From an uncultured Acidobacteriota bacterium (GTDB lineage Bacteria > Acidobacteriota > Thermoanaerobaculia > Gp7-AA8): a stretch of DNA of 64,000 bases. The position numbers and the translations under genes are program-made. A model generated the notes under the pieces. That model was given only the letters and a program-made list of their open reading frames with translations, had not been told where the DNA came from and did no database searches. The DNA lies in assembly GCA_963741955.1 (NCBI GenBank), contig CAVUKB010000007.1, positions 1,088,001-1,152,000 on the forward strand, read 5' to 3'. Shown one piece after another: positions 19,544-29,809 of this stretch (within the stretch, counting starts at the first letter, position 1; each line of letters opens with the position of its first letter).

Positions 19544-21117
19544 GCGAGGAAGCCACCGCTCACGGACCCGATCTGAGCCTCGGAGTCGCGATGAGCGATC
19601 TCGCGGAGGGCGGAATGTTGTCCGGACATGTCGATGGAACTGCGGTACTCATCGCGCGCAGTGGAGAGGAGCTCTTCGCGATCGGCGCTTCGTGCACGCA
19701 TTACGGAGGGCCATTGGGCGAGGGCTTGCGCGTCGGCGACACGGTGCGTTGCCCGTGGCACCATGCGTGTTTCAGCTTCCGCACCGGACGCGCACTCCGC
19801 GCTCCCGCCCTCAATCCCGTCGATCGGTATCGCGTCGAGCGGCAGGGTGATCGCGTCTTCGTTCGCGAGAAGATCGAGCCCGAAGCCGTCGCGACGCCAT
19901 CGACCGAAGGCGCGGAGAGGACGGTCGTCATCGTCGGAGGAGGCGCCGCGGGAGAAGCGGCCGCGGAGACGCTCCGGCGCGAGGGCTTCGCCGGCCGCGT
20001 GGTCATGGTTACTGCCGAGGATTCCCTCCCCGGCGATCGACCGAATCTGTCGAAGGACTATCTCGCCGGGACGGCGCCCGAAGAGTGGATTCCGCTGCAT
20101 CCCACGGAGTTCTATGCCGGGATGAACATCGAGGTGAGATGCGCGAATCGCGTCACGGCGATCGATCCTCAGAAGAAAGAGGTCACGATTCGCATGACAA
20201 GTGGGGCGGAGGAGTCGCTCTCGTACGATGCGCTCGTGCTGGCCACCGGCGCAGATCCGATCCGGCTGCCGATTCCGGGCGCGGAGATGCCGCACGTCCA
20301 CTACCTTCGCTCCCTGTCCGACAGCCGCGCGATCATTCAGCGAGCGTTGCAGAGCCGCAAAGCGGTGGTCATCGGCGCGAGCTTCATCGGCCTCGAGGTG
20401 GCAGCATCGCTTCGCGCTCGTGGCGTCGAGGTGACGGTGGTCGCGCCGGACGCGCTTCCGCTCGAGCGAATCATGGGCCGTGAGCTGGGCGAATTCATCA
20501 AGCAGCTGCACGAGCAGCACGGCGTCGTCTTCCGGCTCGGCCGCAAACCGGTCGAGATCGACGAAGGGCGGGTGACACTCGACAGCGGCGAGATCATCGA
20601 CGCGGACATGGTCGTGATCGGCGTCGGAGTCCGTCCGGACACCACGCTGCCGGAGGCCGCGGGGCTGCGCGTCGACAACGGCGTGCTGGTCGACGAGTAT
20701 CTCGAGACGAGCGCTCCCGGGATCTTCGCCGCCGGCGACATTGCGCGATGGCCGGACCCGCGCTCGGGGAAGTCCGTTCGGGTCGAGCACTGGGTGGTCG
20801 CACAGCGCCTTGGCCAGACCGCCGCATGCAACATCCTCGGGCGCCGGGAACGGGTCGACGTGGTTCCGTTCTTCTGGAGCAGCCACTACGACGTCACGAT
20901 CGCCTATGTGGGGCACGGTGCCGGGTGGGATGAGGCGACGGTCGACGGTGACCTCGCCGGCCACGACGCGCGCGTCACGTTCCGGTCGGCGGGAAAAGTC
21001 GTCGCCGTCGCGACGATCTTCCGCGATCTGGAGAGCCTGAAGGCGGAGCTGGCAATGGAGCGCGGCGATGCGCATGAGCTGGAAGAGATCGTCCGGGGCA
21101 TCGGCCCGGACGTCTGA
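19540..21117 (+). CDS. Rieske [2Fe-2S] + FAD-dependent oxidoreductase (AIFM3-like)
   Basis: Rieske [16 protein letters not shown]; [44 protein letters not shown] overlap with the folE stop. Confidence 0.9.
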   Translation: MSEEATAHGPDLSLGVAMSDLAEGGMLSGHVDGTAVLIARSGEELFAIGASCTHYGGPLGEGLRVGDTVRCPWHHACFSFRTGRALRAPALNPVDRYRVERQGDRVFVREKIEPEAVATPSTEGAERTVVIVGGGAAGEAAAETLRREGFAGRVVMVTAEDSLPGDRPNLSKDYLAGTAPEEWIPLHPTEFYAGMNIEVRCANRVTAIDPQKKEVTIRMTSGAEESLSYDALVLATGADPIRLPIPGAEMPHVHYLRSLSDSRAIIQRALQSRKAVVIGASFIGLEVAASLRARGVEVTVVAPDALPLERIMGRELGEFIKQLHEQHGVVFRLGRKPVEIDEGRVTLDSGEIIDADMVVIGVGVRPDTTLPEAAGLRVDNGVLVDEYLETSAPGIFAAGDIARWPDPRSGKSVRVEHWVVAQRLGQTAACNILGRRERVDVVPFFWSSHYDVTIAYVGHGAGWDEATVDGDLAGHDARVTFRSAGKVVAVATIFRDLESLKAELAMERGDAHELEEIVRGIGPDV

Positions 21118-21149
21118 CGTCATCTCTGCTGCGGCGGCCTCTCGGGAGG

Positions 21150-22850
21150 TGCAGGGTCCTGTGGGTTGGACGTCTCGTCCGATGCAGGGTCCTGTGGGTT
21201 GGACGTCCTCGTCCGATGCAGGGTCCTGTGGGTTGGACGTCTCGTCCGATGCAGGGCGGCGTCCCGCGCCGGCCTGCCCGGTGCCCCCGTGCCCGGTGCG
21301 AGGAGTGTTCTGTTGAATGGTCTGCGCGAGCGCTTCGGGTCGTGGTGGTGTCGGAATGACGTTCGAGAGAGGCATGTCGGGCCGGGAGGTGAGAACGAGG
21401 GTACGGCAAGTGCCGCAGGAAGCGCTCGTGGCAGGCATCGCTCGCGGCGGGACGCCGCTCGCCATCGCGCGGGGACGCGCGACCCACAGGCGCGCGGGCC
21501 ACTTTGTGGGTTGGACGTCTCGTCCGATGCAGGTCCTGTGGGTTGGACGTCTCGTCCGATGCAGGGCGGCGTCCCGCGCCGGCCTGCCCGGTGCCCCCGT
21601 GCCCGGTGCGAGGAGTGTTCAGTTGAATGTCGTCTCCGCGAGCGCTTCGGGTCGTGGTGGTGTCGGAATGACGTTCGAGAGAGTCGTGTCGGCCCGGGAG
21701 GTGAGAACGAGGGTGCGGCAAGTGCCGCACGACGCGTTCGTGGCACGCATCGCTCGCGGCGGGACGCCGCTCGCCATCGCGCGCGGACGCGCGACCCACA
21801 GACGCGCGACCCACAGGACGCGCGGGCCACAGACGCGCGACCTACTTTGTGGGTTGGACGTCTCGTCCGATGCAGGGCGGCGTCCCGCGCCGGCCTGCCC
21901 GGTGCCCCGTGCCCGGTGCGAGGAGTGTTCAGTTGAATGTCGTCTCCGCGAGCCCTCGGGGCTCGGGGCGATCTTGAAGAGACCCTCGCGAAGGTCCGGC
22001 CCGGTGCGGGAGGTAAAAGCGACGTTGCGGCAAGTGCCGCAGGACGCGTTCGTGGCATCCATCGCTCGCGGCGGGACGCCGCTCGCCATCGCGCGGGGAC
22101 GCGCGACCCACAGAGGCGACCCACAGACGCGCGACCCACTTTGTGGGTTGGACGTCTCGTCCGATGCAGGGCGGCGTCCCGCGCCGGCCTGCCCGGTGCC
22201 CCGTGCCCGGTGCGAGGAGTGTTCAGTTGAATGTCGTCTCCGCGAGCGCTTCGGGGCTCGGGGCGATCTTGAAGAGACCCTCGCGAAGGTCCGGCTCGGT
22301 GCGGGAGGCAAGAGCGACGTTGCGGCAAGTGCCGCAGGACGCGTTCGTGGCATCCATCGCTCGCGGCGGGACGCCGCTCGCCATCGCGCGGGGACGCGCG
22401 ACCCACAGAGGCGGGCCACAGACGCGCGACCCACTTTGTGGGTTGGACGTCTCGTCCGATGCAGGGCGGCGTCCCGCGCCGGCCTGCCCCGTGCCCGGTG
22501 CGAGGAGTGTTCAGTTGAATGTCGTCTCCGCGAGCGCTTCGGGTCGTGGTGGTGTCGGAATGACGTTCGAGAGAGTCGTGTCGGCCCGGGAGGTGAGAAC
22601 GAGGGTGCGGCAAGTGCCGCAGGACGCGTTCGTGGCAGGCATCGCTCGCGGCGGGACGCCGCTCGCCATCGCGCGCGGACGCGCGACCCACAGAGGCGGG
22701 CCACAGACGCGCGACCCACAGACGCGCGACCCACTTTGTGGGTTGGACGTCTCGTCCGATGCAGGGCGGCGTCCCGCGCCGGCCTGCCCGGTGCCCCATG
22801 CCCGGTGCGAGGAGTGTTCTGTTGAATATCGTCTCCGCGAGCACTTCGGG
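21150..22850. repeat. tandem array of ~300 bp REP/REPIN-like composite units (5 full + 1 partial)
   Basis: TGTGGGTTGGACGTCTCGTCCGATGCAGG at 21160, 21193, 21227, 21505, 21537, 21848, 22142, 22437 and 22737. Full units end in an inverted TCGCGCG(G/C)GGACGCGCGACCCACA. Confidence 0.9.
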
Positions 22851-22938
22851 CCGGGGTCGCGCACGTGCCGTGATCCGCGCGGCGGATCAGAGGATTCGCG
22901 CCCCACGGCGAGAATCGTGGATTGTGCCGAGGAGTGCG
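22850..22938 (+). repeat. repeat family C, copy 1
   Basis: GCCGGGGTCGCGCACGTGCCGTGATCCGCGCGGCGGATCAGAGGA..GAGAATCGTGGATTGTGCCGAGGA recurs at 23741-23824 and 23857-23918, and inverted at 48796-48841. Confidence 0.75.
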
Positions 22939-22975
22939 ATCGTGTCGTAGGGTGCGGGCTTCGCAGCGGCTCAGA

Positions 22976-23635
22976 TCACGCGGGTGGTGCGGAGGGGCTG
23001 CTGGTACGCGCCGCACGGGCGAGAGGCTCGACCTCGGATTCGTTGCTGATCGAGATGCCGAGGTCGCGGAGAAGGCCGTCGCGAATGTCGTAGATCCAGC
23101 CATGGACGGTGAGAGGCTGGGCGCGGCGCCACGCCTCACGCACGACGGTCGTCCGGCAAACGTTCACCGCCTGCTCGATGACGTTGAGCTCACAGAGGCG
23201 TTCGTGCCGCTCGCGCTCGGTGGCGAGCGCATCGATCTGTGCGTGGTGCAGAGAGCGCACGTCCTGGATGTGGCGGAGCCAGTTGTCGATCAGCCCCAGG
23301 TGCTCGTCGCGGAGCGCCGCGAGGACGCCGCCGCAGCCGTAATGCCCGCAGACGATCACGTGTCCGACGCGGAGCGATTCGACCGCGAACTGGAGTGCGG
23401 AGAGAAAATTGAGATCCGCGTGCACGACGACGTTCGCCACGTTGCGGTGGACGAACATCTCGCCGGGGGGGAGGCCGACGATCTGGTTGGCGGGGACGCG
23501 ACTGTCTGAGCAGCCGATCCAGAAGTAGTCGGGCTTCTGCTGGCGCGCGAGACGGGTGAAGAATTCGGGATCTTCGCGGGTGATCTCCGCGGCCCAGACG
23601 CGATTCTTTTCGAAGAGGTCACTGAGAAAGCGCAT
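22976..23635 (-). CDS. can: beta-class carbonic anhydrase
   Basis: Motifs WIGCSDSRV, FVHRNVAN, CGHYGCGGV, LCELNV, HGWIY. Confidence 0.94.
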   Translation of the reverse strand: MRFLSDLFEKNRVWAAEITREDPEFFTRLARQQKPDYFWIGCSDSRVPANQIVGLPPGEMFVHRNVANVVVHADLNFLSALQFAVESLRVGHVIVCGHYGCGGVLAALRDEHLGLIDNWLRHIQDVRSLHHAQIDALATERERHERLCELNVIEQAVNVCRTTVVREAWRRAQPLTVHGWIYDIRDGLLRDLGISISNESEVEPLARAARTSSPSAPPA

Positions 23636-23740
23636 ACGACGTCGATCCTCGGCGCAGCCGCAGGTTGGTGGTGCACGCAGCTGCGGGTAGATCATAACCC
23701 GGACGGACGACGCTCCGCTTCTGCCGGGGACGCGGGTGAT

Positions 23741-23918
23741 GCCGGGGTCGCGCACGTGCCGCGATCCGCGCGGCGGATCAGAGGATCCGCGCCCCTCGGC
23801 GAGAATTGTGGATTGTGCCGAGGACGGCGGTTGCCGGCGACGAGGGTGAGGTTGGAGTCGCGCACGTGCCGCGATCCGCGCCCCACGGCGAGAATCGTGG
23901 ATTGTGCCGAGGAGTGCG
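23741..23918 (+). repeat. repeat family C, copies 2 and 3
   Basis: Direct repeats of 22850-22938 at 23741-23824 and, internally deleted, at 23857-23918. Confidence 0.72.
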
Positions 23919-23979
23919 GACTCGCACAGAACCGGCGGCGCTCGCGCGATACTGCATTGCCGATTAGAATCGGCGGCGG

Positions 23980-24756
23980 ATGAGCGGGCTCGACGATCGA
24001 CGGATCATTTCCGGGATGCCCTGGATGGTCCACTTCGCCCTCGGCCTCCGCGATGCGGTTGCGGCGCGGGGCGGAGGACTCGAGATCGTCGACGATGACG
24101 AGGCGCCGGGAGAGTCGCTCGCGGTGACACTGCGGATCGATGGCGCCACGCGTCACCTCAACCTGCGGTTCGACGCGCGAAGCGGCGAGGTCGCGCTCAT
24201 CGAAGCCGACGCAACGATCGCGAACGTACCGTTCGCCGTCTCCCCGCGCAGCTTTCCGCGCGAGCGCCGTGATCCGCGGCGGCGCATGCGCATGCTCGTC
24301 GCCGGTGGTATGGCGGTCACGCGGCGGCTCAGGATGACGGCGAAGGTTCTCGACGAGCTGCGGCGCCGGAAGTTCGCTTTCGACCTCGTCGTGTTCGGCG
24401 ACCTCCCCGAAGCACTGCGCGGGAGCGCCGGACGACGGGAGATCCTTCCCGAGCTCGATGCGAGCGAGCTCGCGAACGCGATCACGAGCAGTTCCCTGAT
24501 TCTGGAGACGGTGGACGCCGACGAGGCGCCGTCGCCGCTCGCGTTCGTCGCGCGCGACGTCGGAGTCGCGCTCGCGATCCATCAGTCGCACCCGCTCGCC
24601 ACGGTCGCTTCGGCGATCGGCGTGACGGAGTGGAGCGCGGACGGATTCGTGGACGCGATCATCGCGCCCCTTCCCGATCTCACGCGCGTTCCGCCTGCGC
24701 TCGATCCTTTCGTCGCAATCTCGGAGCTTCTCATCGGGAGCGGACCTTCGCGATGA
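23980..24756 (+). CDS. hypothetical protein (first gene of the glycosyltransferase operon)
   Basis: 258 aa ORF with an ATGA overlap to the next gene and TAGAAT 9 nt upstream. No family recognised. Confidence 0.55.
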   Translation: MSGLDDRRIISGMPWMVHFALGLRDAVAARGGGLEIVDDDEAPGESLAVTLRIDGATRHLNLRFDARSGEVALIEADATIANVPFAVSPRSFPRERRDPRRRMRMLVAGGMAVTRRLRMTAKVLDELRRRKFAFDLVVFGDLPEALRGSAGRREILPELDASELANAITSSSLILETVDADEAPSPLAFVARDVGVALAIHQSHPLATVASAIGVTEWSADGFVDAIIAPLPDLTRVPPALDPFVAISELLIGSGPSR

Positions 24757-25859
24757 GCGAGACGCTCCTGGTGATCGTCAACTACCGTTCGGCTGCGCTG
24801 ACCGCGGCTTCGATCGCATCGGCCCGAGCGAGCACCGCAACTCCGCTGCGGGTGGTGGTGGTCGACAACTCGTGCGACCCGGCCGAGGCGAGGGCGCTCG
24901 AAGAGAGCGGAGCGGACCGGCTGATCGTCGCGGAAGAGAATCTCGGATACGGACGCGCGATCAACGAGGCGGTGCTCGGTTCGGACGCACCGATCTTCGT
25001 TGCCGCGAATCCCGACGTGGAGTGGGAGAGTGGTGCGATCGACCGTCTCCTCGAGCGAGTGCGTTCCGGAGCGGCGCTCGCCGGTCCGCGGATCAGCTGG
25101 GATCGGGAAGGGGAGTGGATCCTCCCTCCTGCGGAGACACTCACGCGCCAGCTCAGGATGGGCGAGCTCCTCGCTTCGCGCTCGCATCGGAGGGCGCGGT
25201 CACGAGACGAGGCGCGAGTCCGGGAGCGGATCCGCTTCTGGAGTCTGAAGAGAACGATGGAAACCGGCGAAGTATCGGGTGCGGTGATGGCGATCGACCG
25301 TGCGGCGTTCGAGCGGACGGGAGGGTTCGATCCGCGATTCCGCCTCTACTTCGAAGAGATCGACCTGATGCGGCGACTGCGGAACGGCGGGAAGAGAATC
25401 GTGTACGTTGCCGAGGCGCGCTGCAGGCATCTGTACAACCAGAGCGCGCCGGAGCGGGGTGATGCGGCGGAGCTGTTCGCCGAGTCGGAGCGGCGGTTCC
25501 TGCTGAAGTGGACGGGAGGATGGTTCACGAAGCTGTCGAGTCGTTACGGGCGGGAGATCCCGCCGCCGTTCGAGCGTCCGTTCGAGGATCACGCGGCTGA
25601 CTCGCCGTTCGAGGTTGGAGAGGAGCCGGCGGCGCGTGTGATCGAGATCTCCCCGCTGCGCAACTTCAATTCGGCGGCAGGGCACTTTCCGGCCAGTGGC
25701 TCGGTCCGTGTTCCGGGAGAAATCCTCCAGAGCTGGCGAGGCGGCGACCTCCATGTGAGGGTGGTCGACCGCCGGAGCGGGAAAACGTTGCGGGCGTGGA
25801 AATGCCCGCCACTGAGCTCAGCCGGCGGAACACCGACAAGGGCCGGGTGGTCGCGGTAG
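24753..25859 (+). CDS. glycosyltransferase family 2
   Basis: Motifs IVNYRS, VVDNS, ENLGYGRAIN, ANPDV, SGAVMAI, GGFDPRFRLYFEEIDL. Confidence 0.88.
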   Translation: MSETLLVIVNYRSAALTAASIASARASTATPLRVVVVDNSCDPAEARALEESGADRLIVAEENLGYGRAINEAVLGSDAPIFVAANPDVEWESGAIDRLLERVRSGAALAGPRISWDREGEWILPPAETLTRQLRMGELLASRSHRRARSRDEARVRERIRFWSLKRTMETGEVSGAVMAIDRAAFERTGGFDPRFRLYFEEIDLMRRLRNGGKRIVYVAEARCRHLYNQSAPERGDAAELFAESERRFLLKWTGGWFTKLSSRYGREIPPPFERPFEDHAADSPFEVGEEPAARVIEISPLRNFNSAAGHFPASGSVRVPGEILQSWRGGDLHVRVVDRRSGKTLRAWKCPPLSSAGGTPTRAGWSR

Positions 25860-25869
25860 AATGGGCCGA

Positions 25870-27504
25870 ATGGGTGGACCGAGTCTCTCACTCGTGATTC
25901 CTGCGTGGAACGAGGGTCACGAGATTCAGGTGACGCTCGCCGAGCTGACGCGCTACCTGCGCGGGACGGGACTCTCGTACGAAGTGCTGGTGGTGGACGA
26001 CGGCTCGACGGACGATACCGCCGCGCGGGTGGAGGAGCTTTCCGCCACGGATGCGTCTCTCCGTCTGCTGCGCCTGAAGCGGAACTCCGGGAAAGGGGCC
26101 GCAGTGCGGCGGGGGGTGCAGGAAGCCCGCGGCGAGACGATCGGCTTCATCGACGCCGATCTCCCGTACCAGCTCCAGAACCTCGGCGATGCCGTCACGA
26201 TGGTGCAGTCGGGGACCACGGACATCGCGATCGGGGGCCGCGATCTCGACGAATCGCAGGCGGATCCGTCGTATCCCTGGCTCCGAAAAGCGATGGGGCG
26301 CAGCTTCTCCCTGGTGGTGCGGACGTTTCTCACGCCGGGGATTCCCGACACCCAGTGCGGTCTGAAGATCTTCACCGCAGCGGCGGCGAAGGTCCTCTTC
26401 GCCGAGTCGCGCATCAACGGGTTCGGGTTCGATTTCGAGGTTCTTTTTCTGGCGCGGAAGTTCGGCTTCCGGATCGAGCGGATCCCGGTCTCCATGTCCC
26501 ACCGGCACGAATCGAAGGTGCGCCTGGTCCGCGATTCACTGCGGATGCTGATCGACGTGATCCGGGTGCGGCGCTTCAACCGGCAGCAGGCTTACCGCCT
26601 TCCGCGTCGCTGTCCGATCTGTTTTTCGGTGGAAGTGTGGACGCTGACGCAGATCAACGGCTGGGTGGTGCGGGAGTGCCGGAGGTGCAAGTGCCGCTTT
26701 CTGGCCGAATTTCCGAGTGAAGAGGAGTTGCGGCGGTACTACGACGCGAGTTACTACGAGAGTGACCGGGAGCTGGAGCGTGGGTACGGGCCGGGCCAGA
26801 GCGCCCGCTCGCTGGAGAAGACCAATTCCAGGCGATTCTCGATCCTGCGGAAGCACGTCCAGCGCGGAGCGCGGGTCCTGGAGGTCGGCGCGGGCATCGG
26901 ACATTTCGGCCGCATCGCGTCGCGGGAGATGGAGTACGTCGGGATCGATCTGTCGGAGGAAGCGGCGCGGGCGGCGCGGAGCGAAGGACTGGACGTGTAT
27001 TGCGCGAATCTCCGCACATTCGTGAATCCGTCCGGAGCGTTCGACGCCGTCACACTCTTTCACGTCTTCGAGCACCTGGCGGATCCGCACGACGCTCTCG
27101 CTCGGCTTCACGAGCTCCTCAAGCCGGGCGGAGCTCTCTTCCTGGTCACTCCCGACACGGAGAGCCTTCTCTGCGCGGTCTCCGGTGACCGGTGGGTGAG
27201 CTACAAGTTTCCCGAACATCTGATCCTCTATTCGCATTCGGCGCTGATCGAGCTGCTCGAAAATTCGGGATTCGAGATCGTGAGCATCGGAGCGGATTTC
27301 GAATACTGCGATCATCCGTTCCTTCTCTCCAGAGTGAAGAAGCTGAATCCGGCGCTCTCCCGGATCGCATCGGCCGCACTCCGGGTTCTTCCCGATCCGC
27401 TGCCGGTGACATCGGGATCGGTGCGGATCGTTGCGAGGCGGAGGGGTGGAGCGCCGTACGTGGTGCGTCCGATCCGCGCAGTCGAGCCGACGCATGCCCG
27501 ATAA
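25870..27504 (+). CDS. fused polyprenol-phosphate glycosyltransferase (GT2, DPM1-like) + Zn-ribbon class I SAM methyltransferase
   Basis: VIPAWNE, VDDGSTD, NSGKGAAVRRG, FIDADL, DTQCGLK, FGFDFEVL; then CPIC..CRRC, VLEVGAGIG, HVFEHLADP, LKPGG. Start 25861 or 25870. Confidence 0.85.
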   Translation: MGGPSLSLVIPAWNEGHEIQVTLAELTRYLRGTGLSYEVLVVDDGSTDDTAARVEELSATDASLRLLRLKRNSGKGAAVRRGVQEARGETIGFIDADLPYQLQNLGDAVTMVQSGTTDIAIGGRDLDESQADPSYPWLRKAMGRSFSLVVRTFLTPGIPDTQCGLKIFTAAAAKVLFAESRINGFGFDFEVLFLARKFGFRIERIPVSMSHRHESKVRLVRDSLRMLIDVIRVRRFNRQQAYRLPRRCPICFSVEVWTLTQINGWVVRECRRCKCRFLAEFPSEEELRRYYDASYYESDRELERGYGPGQSARSLEKTNSRRFSILRKHVQRGARVLEVGAGIGHFGRIASREMEYVGIDLSEEAARAARSEGLDVYCANLRTFVNPSGAFDAVTLFHVFEHLADPHDALARLHELLKPGGALFLVTPDTESLLCAVSGDRWVSYKFPEHLILYSHSALIELLENSGFEIVSIGADFEYCDHPFLLSRVKKLNPALSRIASAALRVLPDPLPVTSGSVRIVARRRGGAPYVVRPIRAVEPTHAR

Positions 27505-28411
27505 GCCGCAGGAGATCATCCGCCCTGCGGTGGAGTCGGACATCCCGAAGCTCGGCGATCTCTTCGAAGAAGTGTTCGGGGCGCGCCGCGACGAGAACGT
27601 ATGGCGCTGGAAGTATTTCGACAATCCCCGAGGAAGTGCGAGCTTCGTCTGCGAGGCCGGGGGGCGGATCGTCGCCCACTGCGCGGGAACCCCGGTGCGT
27701 TTCCGGGACCACCGGAGCGAGTATCCGGCGCTGCAGTCGGTCGACTTCATGAGCAGCGCGAAATACGCGGGAGGGATCGGCCGCGGGGGCGTTTTCGTGC
27801 GCACGGTGAAAGCATTCTTCGACTACCACTGCGGTGCGGGGAAGGTGCCGCTGGTGTACGGCTTCCCCGGCGAGCGTCATCGGGTGCTCGGTGAGCGGGT
27901 GCTCGGGTACCGGCCGGTCTCCCGGGTGGGGGAGCTGGTGCTGGAGCCGGAGGGGGGCGTCTCGCCGGATCTCGCGGAGCTTTCGGCGAGAGAGTTGCAT
28001 CGATTTCCGCCAATCGACTTCGAGCTCGGAGCGATACGCGACGAGGTGTATCTCCGGTGGAGATACCTGGACCACCCGGTGCATCGTTACCGGACAGCGG
28101 TGGTCGAGCGGTGGTGGAAGGTCGAAACGATCGCCATCATCGGGGAGGATGAAGAGAACCTGAACATCATGGAGATCGGCGGATCACTCGATCCGGGGCC
28201 GCTCTCCAGGCTCGTGAAGCAGTTGAGGGGTTCGGGAAAGCGTTGCAGATTCTGGTGTGCGGCAGAGCATCCCGTCGGACGCCGGTTGATGGAAGCAGGA
28301 TTCAGGTATGAACCGAGAGATCATTTCGTCGAGTGCCGCTTTTTCGTCGAGCGGGAAAACCCGCGAGCTGACGAGCTCTACTACACGATCGGCGATTACG
28401 ACGTTTACTGA
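27494..28411 (+). CDS. GNAT family N-acyltransferase
   Basis: IRPA..VFG..WRWKYFDNPRG..GRIVAH..VDFM..VYGFP..DEVYLRWRY..HP pattern. Confidence 0.72.
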   Translation: MPDKPQEIIRPAVESDIPKLGDLFEEVFGARRDENVWRWKYFDNPRGSASFVCEAGGRIVAHCAGTPVRFRDHRSEYPALQSVDFMSSAKYAGGIGRGGVFVRTVKAFFDYHCGAGKVPLVYGFPGERHRVLGERVLGYRPVSRVGELVLEPEGGVSPDLAELSARELHRFPPIDFELGAIRDEVYLRWRYLDHPVHRYRTAVVERWWKVETIAIIGEDEENLNIMEIGGSLDPGPLSRLVKQLRGSGKRCRFWCAAEHPVGRRLMEAGFRYEPRDHFVECRFFVERENPRADELYYTIGDYDVY

Positions 28412-28481
28412 GAAGAGGCGTACCGAGGGCGTCGACGTTCTGCGCGGGACGAATGCGGGCTCGATTCCGCGCGAATCACGC

Positions 28482-28850
28482 GTGGCGCCGAAGCGGATTC
28501 TGGTGGTCGACGACGACATTCCGTTGCGCGGAATGCTCTCCGCGGCTCTGCGTCAGCGCGGCTTCCAGGTGCTCCTCGCAGGCGACGGCGGAGAAGCGGA
28601 GCGGGCGCTGATGGTTCAGGAGCCGGATCTGGTGCTGCTCGACCTGATGATGCCGGAGGTGAACGGGTGGGATTTTCTGCAGCGGCTGAGAGACACCGGA
28701 CGCGCCGGCAGACTCCCGGTGATCGTCCTCTCCGCACATCTTCGGATCGAGCCGGAGGCGCTGTTGCAGATGGGGGCCTCCGCACTCTTCGCGAAGCCGT
28801 TCGATCTCGAAGAGCTGATGAACCTCGTGGAGCACCTGATTCAGAAATGA
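28482..28850 (+). CDS. single-domain response regulator (REC)
   Basis: RILVVDDD, PDLVLLDLMMPEVNG, VIVLSA, AKPF. GTG start inferred. Confidence 0.88.
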   Translation: MAPKRILVVDDDIPLRGMLSAALRQRGFQVLLAGDGGEAERALMVQEPDLVLLDLMMPEVNGWDFLQRLRDTGRAGRLPVIVLSAHLRIEPEALLQMGASALFAKPFDLEELMNLVEHLIQK

Positions 28851-28907
28851 CGCCCTGCCGCACGATCCCTTCCGCGGGGTCGCCGATGAGGCTCCCATGA
28901 GGCGTCG

Positions 28908-29597
28908 ATGAGTCTCGGCGGGTCGGCCGGTCGCGTCGCTTCCCGCTTCGAAGGACAGTGGATCAGGCACTACGTCCATCAAAAGCTCCGGTTCGATCCG
29001 GTCTATCCCGCGGCGCTCGAGGCACTGCGGTCCGTCCCCTTTCCTCTCCGGGACATTGGATGCGGCCTCGGGATCCTCGGGTTGTACCTCCGCGAGAACG
29101 GGTTCGCGGAACCGGTGAGCGGGATCGATTTCGACGAACGGAAGATCGCCATCGCGAAGGCGGTGACGCACCCGGACGAAGGCTTGCGGTTCGAGATTCG
29201 CGACGCACGCGAGAGGGACGGGTTTCGCGGCAGTCATGCACTGCTCGACGTGTTGCATTACTTCCCCACGGCCGAGCAGCAGCGGATCCTGCACTCGGTG
29301 GCGGAGTCGACGCCTCCGGGTGCGGTGGTGGTGATCCGCGACTGCATCCGCGACGGGAGTCTGCGGTATCGTCTCACCTGGCTTCAGGAGAGCTTCTCGC
29401 GCGCGATCCGTTGGCTGCGGAGCGAGGGGCTGAATTTTCCGTCGCGGGAGCTGCTTCTTTCCGCGTTCCCTGCGGCGGAGTTCGAGCATCGCGTCGAGCC
29501 GATGTGGGGACGTACGCCGTTCAACAACTACCTGTTCGTGTTCCGGCGGCGCGAGATGGCGGATTCCGATTCGCTGCAGGCGAGCACGGATTCGTGA
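28908..29597 (+). CDS. class I SAM-dependent methyltransferase
   Basis: KLRFDPVY, DIGCGLG, GIDFDERKI, LLDVLHY, PMWGRTPFNNYL. Confidence 0.82.
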   Translation: MSLGGSAGRVASRFEGQWIRHYVHQKLRFDPVYPAALEALRSVPFPLRDIGCGLGILGLYLRENGFAEPVSGIDFDERKIAIAKAVTHPDEGLRFEIRDARERDGFRGSHALLDVLHYFPTAEQQRILHSVAESTPPGAVVVIRDCIRDGSLRYRLTWLQESFSRAIRWLRSEGLNFPSRELLLSAFPAAEFEHRVEPMWGRTPFNNYLFVFRRREMADSDSLQASTDS

Positions 29598-29758
29598 GCG
29601 TGGCGGAGATCGGGTCGCCGATCGAAGCGCGGTGTCGATGTGTGACGGACGCGGTGCGTGCGGCGGAGACCGGGTTGGAATCCGGACGGACGATCGAGGG
29701 TCGGTGATTTCGTTCTGAACGAGCGGGCTATGGCGATATATTATTCGCGTCTACGTAC

Positions 29759-29779
29759 GATAATGAGAATAATATTCTC
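29759..29779. promoter_or_regulatory. Fur-box-like AT-rich operator
   Basis: GATAATGAGAATAATATTC matches the classical Fur 19-mer at 15/19. It includes the perfect 7-1-7 palindrome GAGAATA-A-TATTCTC. Confidence 0.45.
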
Positions 29780-29809
29780 CGTTTCCCTATGTGTGCAGAA
29801 CAAATGCGA

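Noticed and set aside
21150-22850. CRISPR array
   Set aside because: Units are ~300 bp, the sequences between repeats are near-identical rather than unique spacers, and there are no cas genes in the window.
20975-23139. Long ORFs (256-574 aa) across the tandem array
   Set aside because: Arg/Pro/Ala-rich translations open in several frames on both strands, with frame-breaking indels between units. These are by-products of GC-rich repeats.
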